Shown in pieces: positions 8,415 to 16,707 of a stretch of DNA of 31,729 nucleotides. The translations under genes and the position numbers were made by a program. The DNA is taken from the NCBI GenBank assembly GCA_964347045.1, contig CAYFXC010000021.1, positions 1-31,729 of the forward strand. The letters are read 5' to 3'. Below the pieces are notes generated by a model, which saw nothing but the letters and a program-made list of their open reading frames with translations, searched no databases and was not told where the DNA came from. This DNA is from an uncultured archaeon (lineage in GTDB: Archaea > Asgardarchaeota > Hermodarchaeia > Hermodarchaeales > Hermodarchaeaceae). Numbering within the stretch: position 1 is the first letter of the stretch; each line of letters opens with the position of its first letter.

Positions 8415-10367
8415 TTGCATATGCAGCTTCTTAATCAGCGTTCTAGATTATCATGGAGTGCCCTGCTATTATCATGCATACTTATCGTTATAGTAGCTTA
8501 TTACCTCCCTTGTTCCTTAGAAAACACAGGGTCCCACTCATTTAGCCTTGAAATGTCTCAGTTCTCTGTTCAAAGGAGTCCCTATGCATTGGCACTTTTC
8601 AGCCAAGCAGAGGAAACCCCGCTCATTAATCAACCCCCAGTACCCGGCGCTTATGATGCTCTTTGGAATCGTACATTTGGAGGTTCCAACGATGATATGG
8701 GATTTAAAGTGGTGGAAGTGAGTGGTGGTGGCTTTGCCGTTGCTGGTCATACCTGGAGCTTTGGCGCGGGTGTCAATAATGGATGGTTAATACGTATTGA
8801 TGCTAATGGAAACCAATTGTGGAATCGTACCTATGGCGGAAACGATTGGGAATCGTGCTATTCAGTGATTGAGGTGAGTGGCGGCGGTTTTGCCCTCGCT
8901 GGTTACAGTACTAGCTACGATGCTGGCAGCAACGATTGTTGGTTGTTACGGGTCGATGCCGATGGTAATCATCTCTGGAACCAGACCTATGGGGGCTTCT
9001 CAGCTGACGGGGCTCAGTCTGTAGTGGAGGTGAGTAGTGGAGGGTTTATTCTCTGCGGTAGCACAGCAAGCTTTGGCGCAGGAGGAGGAGATGTATGGTT
9101 AGTGCGTACCGATGCCGATGGAAACCATCTCTGGAACCAGACCTTCGGTGGCGTCAATAATGATATCGCCTATTCGGTGATTGAGGTGAGTGGCGGAGGC
9201 TTTGCTCTTGCAGGCTACTACAACTCAACTGGTGGTGCGGCAATGTACGGCAACGATATGTGGCTGATTCGTACTGACGCTAATGGGAACCATCTCTGGA
9301 ACCAGACCTTCGGTGGAGCATATGGAGACATGGCATATTCAGTGGTGGAAATTAGTGGAGGTGGCTTTGCCCTCGGTGGCACGTTCAACAGTTCATACGG
9401 CATTGGCTTAGGTGCGGATATGTGGTTGGTACGGACAGATGCAAATGGCAATCATCTCTGGAACCAAACCTATGGTGGATCTTCTAGTGATTTTGGAGGT
9501 GCAGTAGTAACAATGAGTGATGGCGGGTTCGTCTTATCCGGGTTTACCAACAGCTCTGGTGCTGGTGGTGGGGATGTGTTGCTCGTTCGTACAGATGCTA
9601 CTGGTAATGTGTTGTGGAACCATACCTACGGAGGTTCAGCCTTCGACATTGGCACAAGCCTAATAGAGGTAAGCAGTGGTGGCTTTGCCCTCACCGGTTG
9701 GACTAACAGCTCTGGCGCTGGCAACTTTGACATCCTTTTATTACGGGTACCATTACCCATTTGGGTAGATTTACCGAGTAACCAGCTAGTAGAATTGGGG
9801 GATGGATTCAGCTACGATTTGAATGCTGACTCCGACGCAGGTATTCACCAGTGGTGGGTCAATGACACAACGCACTTCGACATTAGTAGCCAAGGATTAA
9901 TTACTAATGCCAGCCTACTGCCAATCGATGACTATGGGATAGAGGTTTGGGTGAATGACACTTTGGGCAACACCCTGACAGCAACATTCATGATTATCGT
10001 ACAGGATACTACGGCACCTGCTTGGGTGACTACGCCGGTAGATCAGACCCTGGCCACCGGACAGCTACTCGACTACCAATTGGAAGCCACAGACCTGTCA
10101 GGCATTGACCAATGGTCCATTGATGACACAATCAACTTTGCCATCGACAATACAGGCCATCTTACTGGCACCACGGCATTATCGCCAGGCGACCACCCAT
10201 TAACGATCACGGTTGCAGATCCCTATGGCAATGAACTAAGTGCCACTATCACAATCATACAATTGGCACCAGCGATTCCGGGCTTCCCCCTTGATGCCAC
10301 TATAATCGGTGTAATAACTGCACTCAGTCTTGCTCTCATAGCTCGTCATAAAAGAAGGAAGCCTTAG
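8415..10367 (+). CDS. Cell-surface protein: signal/TM, 7-repeat putative beta-propeller, two Ig-like repeats, PGF-CTERM-like anchor
   Basis: N-terminal hydrophobic helix; seven WNxT[FY]GG repeats; two similar ~85-aa segments (W..PxNQ/DQ...SGIxQW); C-terminal IPGFP-TM-HKRRK. GGAGG at 8404-8408. Confidence 0.88.
   Translation: MHMQLLNQRSRLSWSALLLSCILIVIVAYYLPCSLENTGSHSFSLEMSQFSVQRSPYALALFSQAEETPLINQPPVPGAYDALWNRTFGGSNDDMGFKVVEVSGGGFAVAGHTWSFGAGVNNGWLIRIDANGNQLWNRTYGGNDWESCYSVIEVSGGGFALAGYSTSYDAGSNDCWLLRVDADGNHLWNQTYGGFSADGAQSVVEVSSGGFILCGSTASFGAGGGDVWLVRTDADGNHLWNQTFGGVNNDIAYSVIEVSGGGFALAGYYNSTGGAAMYGNDMWLIRTDANGNHLWNQTFGGAYGDMAYSVVEISGGGFALGGTFNSSYGIGLGADMWLVRTDANGNHLWNQTYGGSSSDFGGAVVTMSDGGFVLSGFTNSSGAGGGDVLLVRTDATGNVLWNHTYGGSAFDIGTSLIEVSSGGFALTGWTNSSGAGNFDILLLRVPLPIWVDLPSNQLVELGDGFSYDLNADSDAGIHQWWVNDTTHFDISSQGLITNASLLPIDDYGIEVWVNDTLGNTLTATFMIIVQDTTAPAWVTTPVDQTLATGQLLDYQLEATDLSGIDQWSIDDTINFAIDNTGHLTGTTALSPGDHPLTITVADPYGNELSATITIIQLAPAIPGFPLDATIIGVITALSLALIARHKRRKP
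8664..9750 (+). repeat. Intragenic tandem repeat, 7 units of about 156-165 nt
   Basis: The TGG of WNxT[FY]GG falls at 8664, 8820, 8976, 9132, 9297, 9459 and 9615. CATCTCTGGAACCA recurs four times. Confidence 0.9.
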
Positions 10368-10383
10368 GGTGCTCCCTTCTCTC

Positions 10384-10391
10384 TTTTTTTT
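10384..10391 (+). terminator. Oligo-T tract, candidate archaeal-type terminator
   Basis: T8 in a pyrimidine-rich run 16 nt after the stop at 10367. Confidence 0.5.
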
Positions 10392-10504
10392 ATTAGGAAA
10401 ACCTTCGGCACGAGATATTAGAAGTACATCTTCGAACACTATCAAAGAAAGAGTGCGCATAGTCTCGGAAAAACCTCTTTTTTCTTTTAAGCCGAAACCT
10501 TAAT

Positions 10505-10550
10505 ATATCTCATTGATGAGACAGATTAACATATCTCATACATGATATAG
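10505..10550. promoter_or_regulatory. Tandem palindromic operator upstream of the aspartic protease gene
   Basis: ATATCTCAT-TG-ATGAGACAG (10505-10524) and ATATCTCAT-AC-ATGATATAG (10531-10550), overlapping a GAAA..TTAATATA BRE/TATA-like element. Confidence 0.65.
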
Positions 10551-10588
10551 ATTATACAACTCCCCCCTAAAAAATGAAGTGATGAAAA

Positions 10589-11449
10589 ATGAAAATTAAA
10601 CTCGAAAAAGAGTCTGGTCACATCCACCTCCCAGTATATCTAAACGAAGAAGGCCCATTTGACTTCACACTGGATACCGGCGCGGGAATGACTGTGATCT
10701 CCAAGGCGCTCGCGGACCAGCTTGGAATAAAAACATTCCACGGTGCCAAAACCAAAGCCGTAGGCGTGGGAGGCAACCCAATTCCTATCAAAAACGCCAC
10801 GGTGTCGAGTCTCCAAGTAGGAACCGAGACCTTTCACAATAAGGAAGTCGTCGTAATTGATTTGGGTCCAACCATTGGAGCTGGCTGTTTGACACCTGGA
10901 GTCCTTGGTCATGATATCTTGAAAGATTATTCCCTCGAAGTTGACTATCGTGCCAAGACGGTTACACTTGAAAAACACCAAGATTCTACAGCGTTCGAAA
11001 AGAATGGAGTCGAATGGATTCCTTTCCAGTACGTCCAAAATACCCATCTTCTGAGTGTCCCTGTTCACATTAACAGACAAGGGCCCTTTGAGCTAATTCT
11101 TGATACCGGCGCTTCTGGAACAGTGATCACACCTTCCTTAGCATCCCAGTTAGGAATTGGAGACGACAACCCGAGAAGTAGTGAAGAACTGAAAAACGCT
11201 CAAGCCCAAGGGTGCTCTCAGGGGGTATGTGCTGGTCCTGCTGGAGTTGCTTACGGGTTCGGCACAACATTGAATCAACTCTCAGTTGGTACAGCCACTC
11301 AAGAGAATATGGACGTTGGCGTAATAGACCTCAAAGTAGTCTCTCCAAGGGGTGACAAGATCGATTATGGCGTTCTTGGATACCCATTTTTGAGGCATTA
11401 CACATTGGTTATAGATTATCCCCAACACCGATTCGCACTGATCAAATGA
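10589..11449 (+). CDS. Twin-domain clan AA (retropepsin-like) aspartic protease
   Basis: Two homologous halves, each with a catalytic DTGA (FTLDTGA, LILDTGA) and a GVLG motif (GVLGHDIL, GVLGYPFL). No signal peptide. Confidence 0.9.
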   Translation: MKIKLEKESGHIHLPVYLNEEGPFDFTLDTGAGMTVISKALADQLGIKTFHGAKTKAVGVGGNPIPIKNATVSSLQVGTETFHNKEVVVIDLGPTIGAGCLTPGVLGHDILKDYSLEVDYRAKTVTLEKHQDSTAFEKNGVEWIPFQYVQNTHLLSVPVHINRQGPFELILDTGASGTVITPSLASQLGIGDDNPRSSEELKNAQAQGCSQGVCAGPAGVAYGFGTTLNQLSVGTATQENMDVGVIDLKVVSPRGDKIDYGVLGYPFLRHYTLVIDYPQHRFALIK

Positions 11450-11599
11450 AAGCGTTCGGTCATTGCCGGTTCATCGACCTGTATCACACAGGATATATTC
11501 TTAAGGGCAATATACTCCCTACTCTTAACAGATTTCACTCACGAGCTTGGCGATTAACCTAACGCCAACAAATAATCTATCCCAAAGAGGTGAACCTCA

Positions 11600-12304
11600 A
11601 TTCCATCTAATCAATCCACCACACTAACTCAAGATGAAAAACTTTCAAAAATTCAAGATATCACACGAGTCATCACCCAAGACTCTTCTCTGCTCATCTA
11701 TTCTTATCTGCAATTATTCGGAAAAACCACACCCTCGGAACTCAGAGAAAAAACTGACTTGGCTCATGCAAGTGTTTTCAGAGGTCTAGCCCTGATGACA
11801 AAAATAGGTCTTCTCACAAAAGAGGAAGATCCATCAGTGGTTGATCGACGATATCGCACGCACTACTACATTCACCAAACTCTCGGAGAATTACTGGAAC
11901 ACGCCATCTCTGAAGGATTAGTACAATATGCAGAGGAAAAAAACGAACCACAACTCGTAGCCCGATGGATCCAGGCATGGGAAACCGTTCCCCTCACCCT
12001 CAACCAACTCACAACACAGCTCATGCTCTCCATGAGACATTCCACCCCCACCGGAGACCAGGACACCTGTCGAAAGGTCACCAAAATCATTGGATTTCAT
12101 GTCACCGAAGAAGGATACTTCGTCGGACTCGACACACAACTCAAAGAATTCATTAGAAATCTCCAATCACATCTTTCGAAAGTAAAAAGGAATTGGAAGG
12201 AACCCCTTAAACAACCAATAGCAATTGCATTAAGCATAGTCACGTTGAACCCTGAAGAAATATGCGATGCCACCTGCCGTCTTAAACTAGTGAGGGGCCC
12301 CTAG
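11600..12304 (+). CDS. Winged-HTH (ArsR/TrmB-like) transcriptional regulator with an apparent ATT start
   Basis: The frame is open from TGA 11591-11593. The HTH (IYSYLQLFGKTTPSELREKTDLAHASVFRGLALM) begins upstream of the first NTG codon (TTG 11759). GAGGTGA at 11587-11593 lies 6 nt before the in-frame ATT at 11600. Confidence 0.7.
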   Translation: MPSNQSTTLTQDEKLSKIQDITRVITQDSSLLIYSYLQLFGKTTPSELREKTDLAHASVFRGLALMTKIGLLTKEEDPSVVDRRYRTHYYIHQTLGELLEHAISEGLVQYAEEKNEPQLVARWIQAWETVPLTLNQLTTQLMLSMRHSTPTGDQDTCRKVTKIIGFHVTEEGYFVGLDTQLKEFIRNLQSHLSKVKRNWKEPLKQPIAIALSIVTLNPEEICDATCRLKLVRGP

Positions 12305-12405
12305 TTCCCCAATTCTTAATTTTCAGGCGGCATTACGGTAATTGTTCTAAGATTTCTGCTATACTCATCATCGTTGACCTAGAAGCACATTCTAAGCAAA
12401 ATCAA

Positions 12406-13317
12406 TTATTTCTCAGCATTGTTACATTCGTATAATTGGTCTGGCGCAAGAATCTCTGGGAATCTGGTTCGAAGCTTTAGCCGTGTGCTATAGCAAAGAT
12501 GGCATTCATCAACATACGTGTTCTCATGGTCCACGTTGTGTTTTTGTACTAATTCGACTGGTCCCCCTTTCAAAATAGGAGCACATATTGGATGCGAATT
12601 CGGATCAAAATTCTCAAAGATTTCATGTAATGGGGTGTGCTTCAGGTTCCCAATGGTTATCCCCTGACAAACATGTACAAAACCATACGGATCGATGTGT
12701 ACACGTCCTTGCTTCGCAAAATCCTCTGCTAAACACTCATTAAATTCATTCCACGGCTTAGTGGGCACTCCCTCAATGACCTTTGTTGCCGCTCGCCCTC
12801 TGCACATAACCCGTCCCCCTACCACGGGTTTTCCCTTGAACCCCTCCGGTGTTTGCACATCACGTGGATCCTTTATTGCGATGGTTTCCACCGGCAGACC
12901 TAATTTCTTTGCAGCCTTGAAGGCATATTTTGCGAAATTTTCTTCCTCTTCGCCATAGTGAAAAGCATCATCACTAATGGATAAATCCATGATGCCAATC
13001 TCCTTGATGGGTTGAAGCCATTCTGTTGCATCTTCTTCAGAAATTGCCCAATAGGCGTTGGTCACAATTCCTGTTTGATACCCTGCGCCTCGAGCCGCAC
13101 GAAGGCCCCAAAGCATGGTTGGATAGTAGAGAAAGGGTTCACCTCCCTCAAAGTAAATCATTTTGATACTTGCAATCTGTTTTGCTTCCGAGAGAATATG
13201 ACGAATATCGGCAATCGTCATGACTCCTTCAGCTTGCGGGCTACTACAGACAAAACAGTGGTCACATTCATAGGTACACTGATAGGTTTGCAGAAGGTGT
13301 AATTGGCTAATTGTCAT
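12406..13317 (-). CDS. Radical SAM protein with a C-terminal Cys-containing (SPASM/twitch-like) region
   Basis: CTYECDHC, FEGGEPFL and VTNAYW, then HIDPYGFVHVCQG and ECHLC. Confidence 0.9.
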   Translation of the reverse strand: MTISQLHLLQTYQCTYECDHCFVCSSPQAEGVMTIADIRHILSEAKQIASIKMIYFEGGEPFLYYPTMLWGLRAARGAGYQTGIVTNAYWAISEEDATEWLQPIKEIGIMDLSISDDAFHYGEEEENFAKYAFKAAKKLGLPVETIAIKDPRDVQTPEGFKGKPVVGGRVMCRGRAATKVIEGVPTKPWNEFNECLAEDFAKQGRVHIDPYGFVHVCQGITIGNLKHTPLHEIFENFDPNSHPICAPILKGGPVELVQKHNVDHENTYVDECHLCYSTRLKLRTRFPEILAPDQLYECNNAEK

Positions 13318-13443
13318 ACTTTCAGATTGGTAAAGATGTATCCTTTAGTTCTTTGCGAATTACATATCTAGAAACGAAAACTGGGACGCTCTAATATGCA
13401 CATTACATAATACCTGCGGTAAAATTAATCTTGAATCTGTCGT

Positions 13444-13956
13444 CTAAGCCTTTATTTGGTATATTGGCTCCTGCCTACGCTTTTGTTGTTTTTCTTGGTT
13501 CAGGTACCACATGTAGAGGTACTCAAACCATTCCAAATAACGGGGATCATTGACTTCTTTTCTGAGCTGCTTGATTATTGGGGCGACTTTTTCCCAGCGA
13601 TGCTTAACTTGATATGTGTCCCAAACCATCTGCTCATCGATGAGTTTTCGATACATTAGCATGCCAATGGCCTCAAAATAAACCGCAATTATCCGGATAG
13701 CCCGATGAATTGGTGTTCGAGCCGAAAGTGGTCCAAATTTTTTCTTAAAATCCGCATAGCTGGAAAACTCTGCATACTGCAGTAACGTATCTGCTTCATG
13801 AAATGCTTCTGTATTCAGATTAGCAAATAGTTTCATAAACAATTCAATTTTTCGGACCCTACCGCGATTTCGAAGATAGAAGAAATAATAGATAACGGCA
13901 ATGATTACACCTATAGCAGCTAGGAAAACGGAAAGTGACGTTAAAATATCCTACAA
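13444..13956 (-). pseudogene. DUF4760-like single-TM protein with an in-frame TAG at codon 2 (or a non-canonical start)
   Basis: GGAGG (13970-13966), then TTG 13956 and TAG 13953-13951. After it runs DILTSLSVFLAAIGVIIAVIYYFFYLRNR, in frame with the track ORF 13444-13842 (FEAIGMLM, YLEWFEYL). Confidence 0.6.
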
Positions 13957-14195
13957 ATCATTTATCCTCCAAAGAAACCAACTCGTTTATGGAATTAATG
14001 AAGGTTCCTTTTAACCATTATAGCTTGGCTCCTAATAGTGATTATAGCTGTAATAGGGAGAGAAAGAGAATAGTCTGAAAGGGTTATGCTCCCCTCATTT
14101 GTTGGAAAAACACATGGGACTTTGACATTCAATAGAATAGCAGATTGTTCATGGGAAAAACTACAAAAAGTTCATTTTTTTAGGCTACGATATGA

Positions 14196-14303
14196 AAAAA
14201 ACTCGAAAAGAAACTCATTCGAAGACTGACATCAAACAGTTACCTAGAATGCTCAAATTGTATTGAAGTGTGTCCCATCGGGACACCTTCAAGACCAAAA
14301 TAA
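14196..14303 (+). pseudogene. Remnant C-terminus of a 4Fe-4S binding protein
   Basis: Translates KKLEKKLIRRLTSNSYLECSNCIEVCPIGTPSRPK*, with a CxxCxxxCP motif. It is bounded upstream by TGA 14193-14195 and has no usable start. Confidence 0.5.
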
Positions 14304-14327
14304 GTTTCTGATCGCAGACTATAATAA

Positions 14328-14660
14328 ATGAAAGATGAATCACCCTCTTCTGTATGGAGCGAAAAAATGTCACTTTATCACTTCGCAGTTCCTGTACCGA
14401 TGCGCGATGGCGTCAAATTAGTTGCAATCATTGCCCTTCAAACTGCTGATGCTTCGTTTCCCGTGGTCTTGTTACGCTCTCCCTATAATGCACAAAACAT
14501 GTTTCAACTGATAAAGATCATAGTAAAACGGTTCAACCTAGCTTAGGTTCTGCAAGATACTCGAGGTCGATATGACTCGGGGCGATACCCCGAAAGACCT
14601 ATCCTATTCCTATTTTTGGAAATGAGTCTTCGACATCATTTAAACTGTCCAATAACATAA
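14328..14660 (+). pseudogene. CocE/NonD (X-Pro dipeptidyl-peptidase S15-like) hydrolase N-terminal fragment
   Basis: VPMRDGVKL and FPVVLLRSPY, then TAG 14544-14546, then in-frame VLQDTRGRYDSG. Similarity is lost before the catalytic Ser motif. TAA at 14658-14660. Confidence 0.8.
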
Positions 14661-14678
14661 AGAGAATATGATTACAAA

Positions 14679-14727
14679 ATATTGATGGGAGAACTCCCTC
14701 GCTTTCAGTCGCGGGAAGTATCAATAT
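14679..14727 (+). mobile_element. Possible IS200/IS605-family end remnant (hairpin)
   Basis: GAACTCCCTCGCTTTCAGTCGCGGGAAGTATCA resembles the subterminal hairpin ends of this family (recalled pattern). It is enclosed by the perfect inverted repeat ATATTGAT/ATCAATAT. Confidence 0.4.
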
Positions 14728-14806
14728 GAATACAAATATTATAAAGGCAAATTAGAATAGCTCAAAGCTTGTTCGTTGAGCGAAACAATTAGGTATGTGA
14801 ACCAAA

Positions 14807-16087
14807 GTGGAGTTATGGCTGCTGATTCTGATTATCTTCTTCATTACTGTGTTGTTAATTGCGACACGGATGGTTCATCATACAACAGCCGCATTGATTG
14901 GGGCAGTGTTGGCATCGATCGCGTTAATCACGAATGGGGTCTCGGGGCAAGAGATCTTGGCCATGGTGCGTTTAGAGCCAATTCTGGTGATTACCGGAAT
15001 GACCGTAGTGGCAGAGGTGATGCGGGGGGCAGGCGTCTTTCAGTTTCTTGCGGTCTATTTCATCCGTTTGACGCGAGGTGATCCCAAAAAACTCTTCGTA
15101 CTTTTTTGTTCACTGACCGCGGTTTTATCAACAGTGCTGCTGAATACCGTGGTAATTTTGATAATGGGCTATTTACTGATTTTAACGTGTCATGCTCTCG
15201 AGATTAAACCGCATGGATTTTTACTAGGGGAAATGTTGGCGGTTGGGGTCGGTGGTGCTTTCACCTTAATCGGCACAACGTCGAATGTAATCATTGCTGA
15301 TTATGCAGGATTCGGCTTTGAGTATTATGTCATACGATTTAGCGGATTCGCGTTTATTGTGTTCGCAGTGTCACTAGTCGCTGTGTTTTTAGTGATACGT
15401 CGAAAATTAACCGTAGAAGATTCAAAGGCAATTGATCGCGTGATGGATTTAGATCCTTGGATGATGGTGCCAAATCGACGATTGTTTTGGGTATATGCAG
15501 GGCTCTTTGCCCTACTCATTGTTTTCTTTGTCATTTTTCCTCAGCCCTATGTTGTCGCCCTTGGGGGGATGATGGTTTTCATGGTTGTCAGCCATGCAGA
15601 TCCACGAGCAAGTCTTCGCGACGTAGAGTGGGATATTATCTTCTTTATTGGGGGGCTCTTCATTGTGGCAGGGGCATTACAACTTGTGGGAATTCTCCGC
15701 GTGATTTCAGATGCCATTCTTTTAGCAAGTGGTGGCTTTTTGATACCGGCATCATTGATGTTGTTATGGGGGGCATGGATTGGCACCTCCGTTATTGGTG
15801 GTTCACCCGTAGCTACTGTCTTTGCACCTCTAGCTGTTGAAATTGCCACAGTCATGGGCTGGCCAATCGGGATACGAGATCCATTGTTTTGGGGAGTAGG
15901 ATTTGGAGCGGCTCTAGGTGGTGTAGCCACACCGTTTGGCGCCGTACCCTTGCTAGTTTTATCGATGGTAAGTTTCAAAGATTCGAAGGTGTCATGGCGC
16001 AGGTTTCTCATTGTTGCAGTATTGGTAAACATCATACAAATTGGGCTGTGCTCACTCTATATCCTGCTCTTCACACTTCCCATATGA
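14807..16087 (+). CDS. ArsB/NhaD/SLC13-type (IT superfamily) permease
   Basis: 426 aa, highly hydrophobic. GVFQFLA, GGAFTLIGTTSNVII, VEWDIIFFIGGLF and LGGVATPFG. Confidence 0.88.
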   Translation: MELWLLILIIFFITVLLIATRMVHHTTAALIGAVLASIALITNGVSGQEILAMVRLEPILVITGMTVVAEVMRGAGVFQFLAVYFIRLTRGDPKKLFVLFCSLTAVLSTVLLNTVVILIMGYLLILTCHALEIKPHGFLLGEMLAVGVGGAFTLIGTTSNVIIADYAGFGFEYYVIRFSGFAFIVFAVSLVAVFLVIRRKLTVEDSKAIDRVMDLDPWMMVPNRRLFWVYAGLFALLIVFFVIFPQPYVVALGGMMVFMVVSHADPRASLRDVEWDIIFFIGGLFIVAGALQLVGILRVISDAILLASGGFLIPASLMLLWGAWIGTSVIGGSPVATVFAPLAVEIATVMGWPIGIRDPLFWGVGFGAALGGVATPFGAVPLLVLSMVSFKDSKVSWRRFLIVAVLVNIIQIGLCSLYILLFTLPI

Positions 16088-16137
16088 GAAAGCAGCGACT
16101 TCTTTGACACTCAAACAGGTCTGTAGATAAATCGCTG

Positions 16138-16353
16138 TTACGCCGGTTGCTCTAATTGACCCCATTCAATTCGTTGAAAGATACGTTCTAATACATAGTA
16201 AAGAACGGTTTTTAGAAAATTAGCAACAAGGGTAATCATAATTGAACTCTCGATACTTCCAGTAAATACCCTTGCAACCAAATAGGTTACAGACAAGGCA
16301 ATTACTCACCAAATCAAAGCCTTCACCAATGAACGTGTTCGAGTCTCCTTCAA
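16138..16353 (-). pseudogene. DUF2061-family small membrane protein with an in-frame TGA at codon 16
   Basis: TTG 16353 after GGTGGAG. Translates MKETRTRSLVKALIW*VIALSVTYLVARVFTGS...KTVLYYVLERIFQRIEWG...*, with TGA at 16308-16306. Not in the ORF track. Confidence 0.8.
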
Positions 16354-16707
16354 CTATCTCCACCTTCAAAAGCACTAATTCGGAACCATTGTCAATGAGC
16401 TATTAGAATAACTACTAGTCTAATAAAAAAACGCTAATGATCAATGCGAAATTAATAATCTTGAATGACAAAAAACACAAGGCTTCGGAATGTTATATGT
16501 ATCTTGTATAATATGTAGCCAAAATCCATTTTAGAATCGCGGATTCTCCTGGTTCACAAGGTTACTATCTAAAGAAACAAAAAACCACGACCCATAGGTT
16601 TAACCTACCAAATCAGAGATTCAAAAAAGCTACATAATAATCAACAAGCCATCAACTGATAACTTTAAAGTCATCAAAGCGGATAGTACCGCAGAAGGGC
16701 TGAATCA

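Noticed and set aside
8179-8493. 104-aa plus-strand ORF
   Set aside because: It overlaps both 8042-8266 and the start of 8415-10367, and has no motif.
8664-9750. Repeats as a CRISPR array or a DGR template/variable pair
   Set aside because: The units are in-frame multiples of 3, encode protein repeats and diverge throughout. No cas or reverse transcriptase gene is in the window.
15547-16035. Antisense and shifted-frame ORFs over membrane genes (also 3389-3652, 7569-7871, 7581-7979, 15457-15840, 21201-21677 and similar)
   Set aside because: They are shadow ORFs of well-supported genes and show no family motifs.
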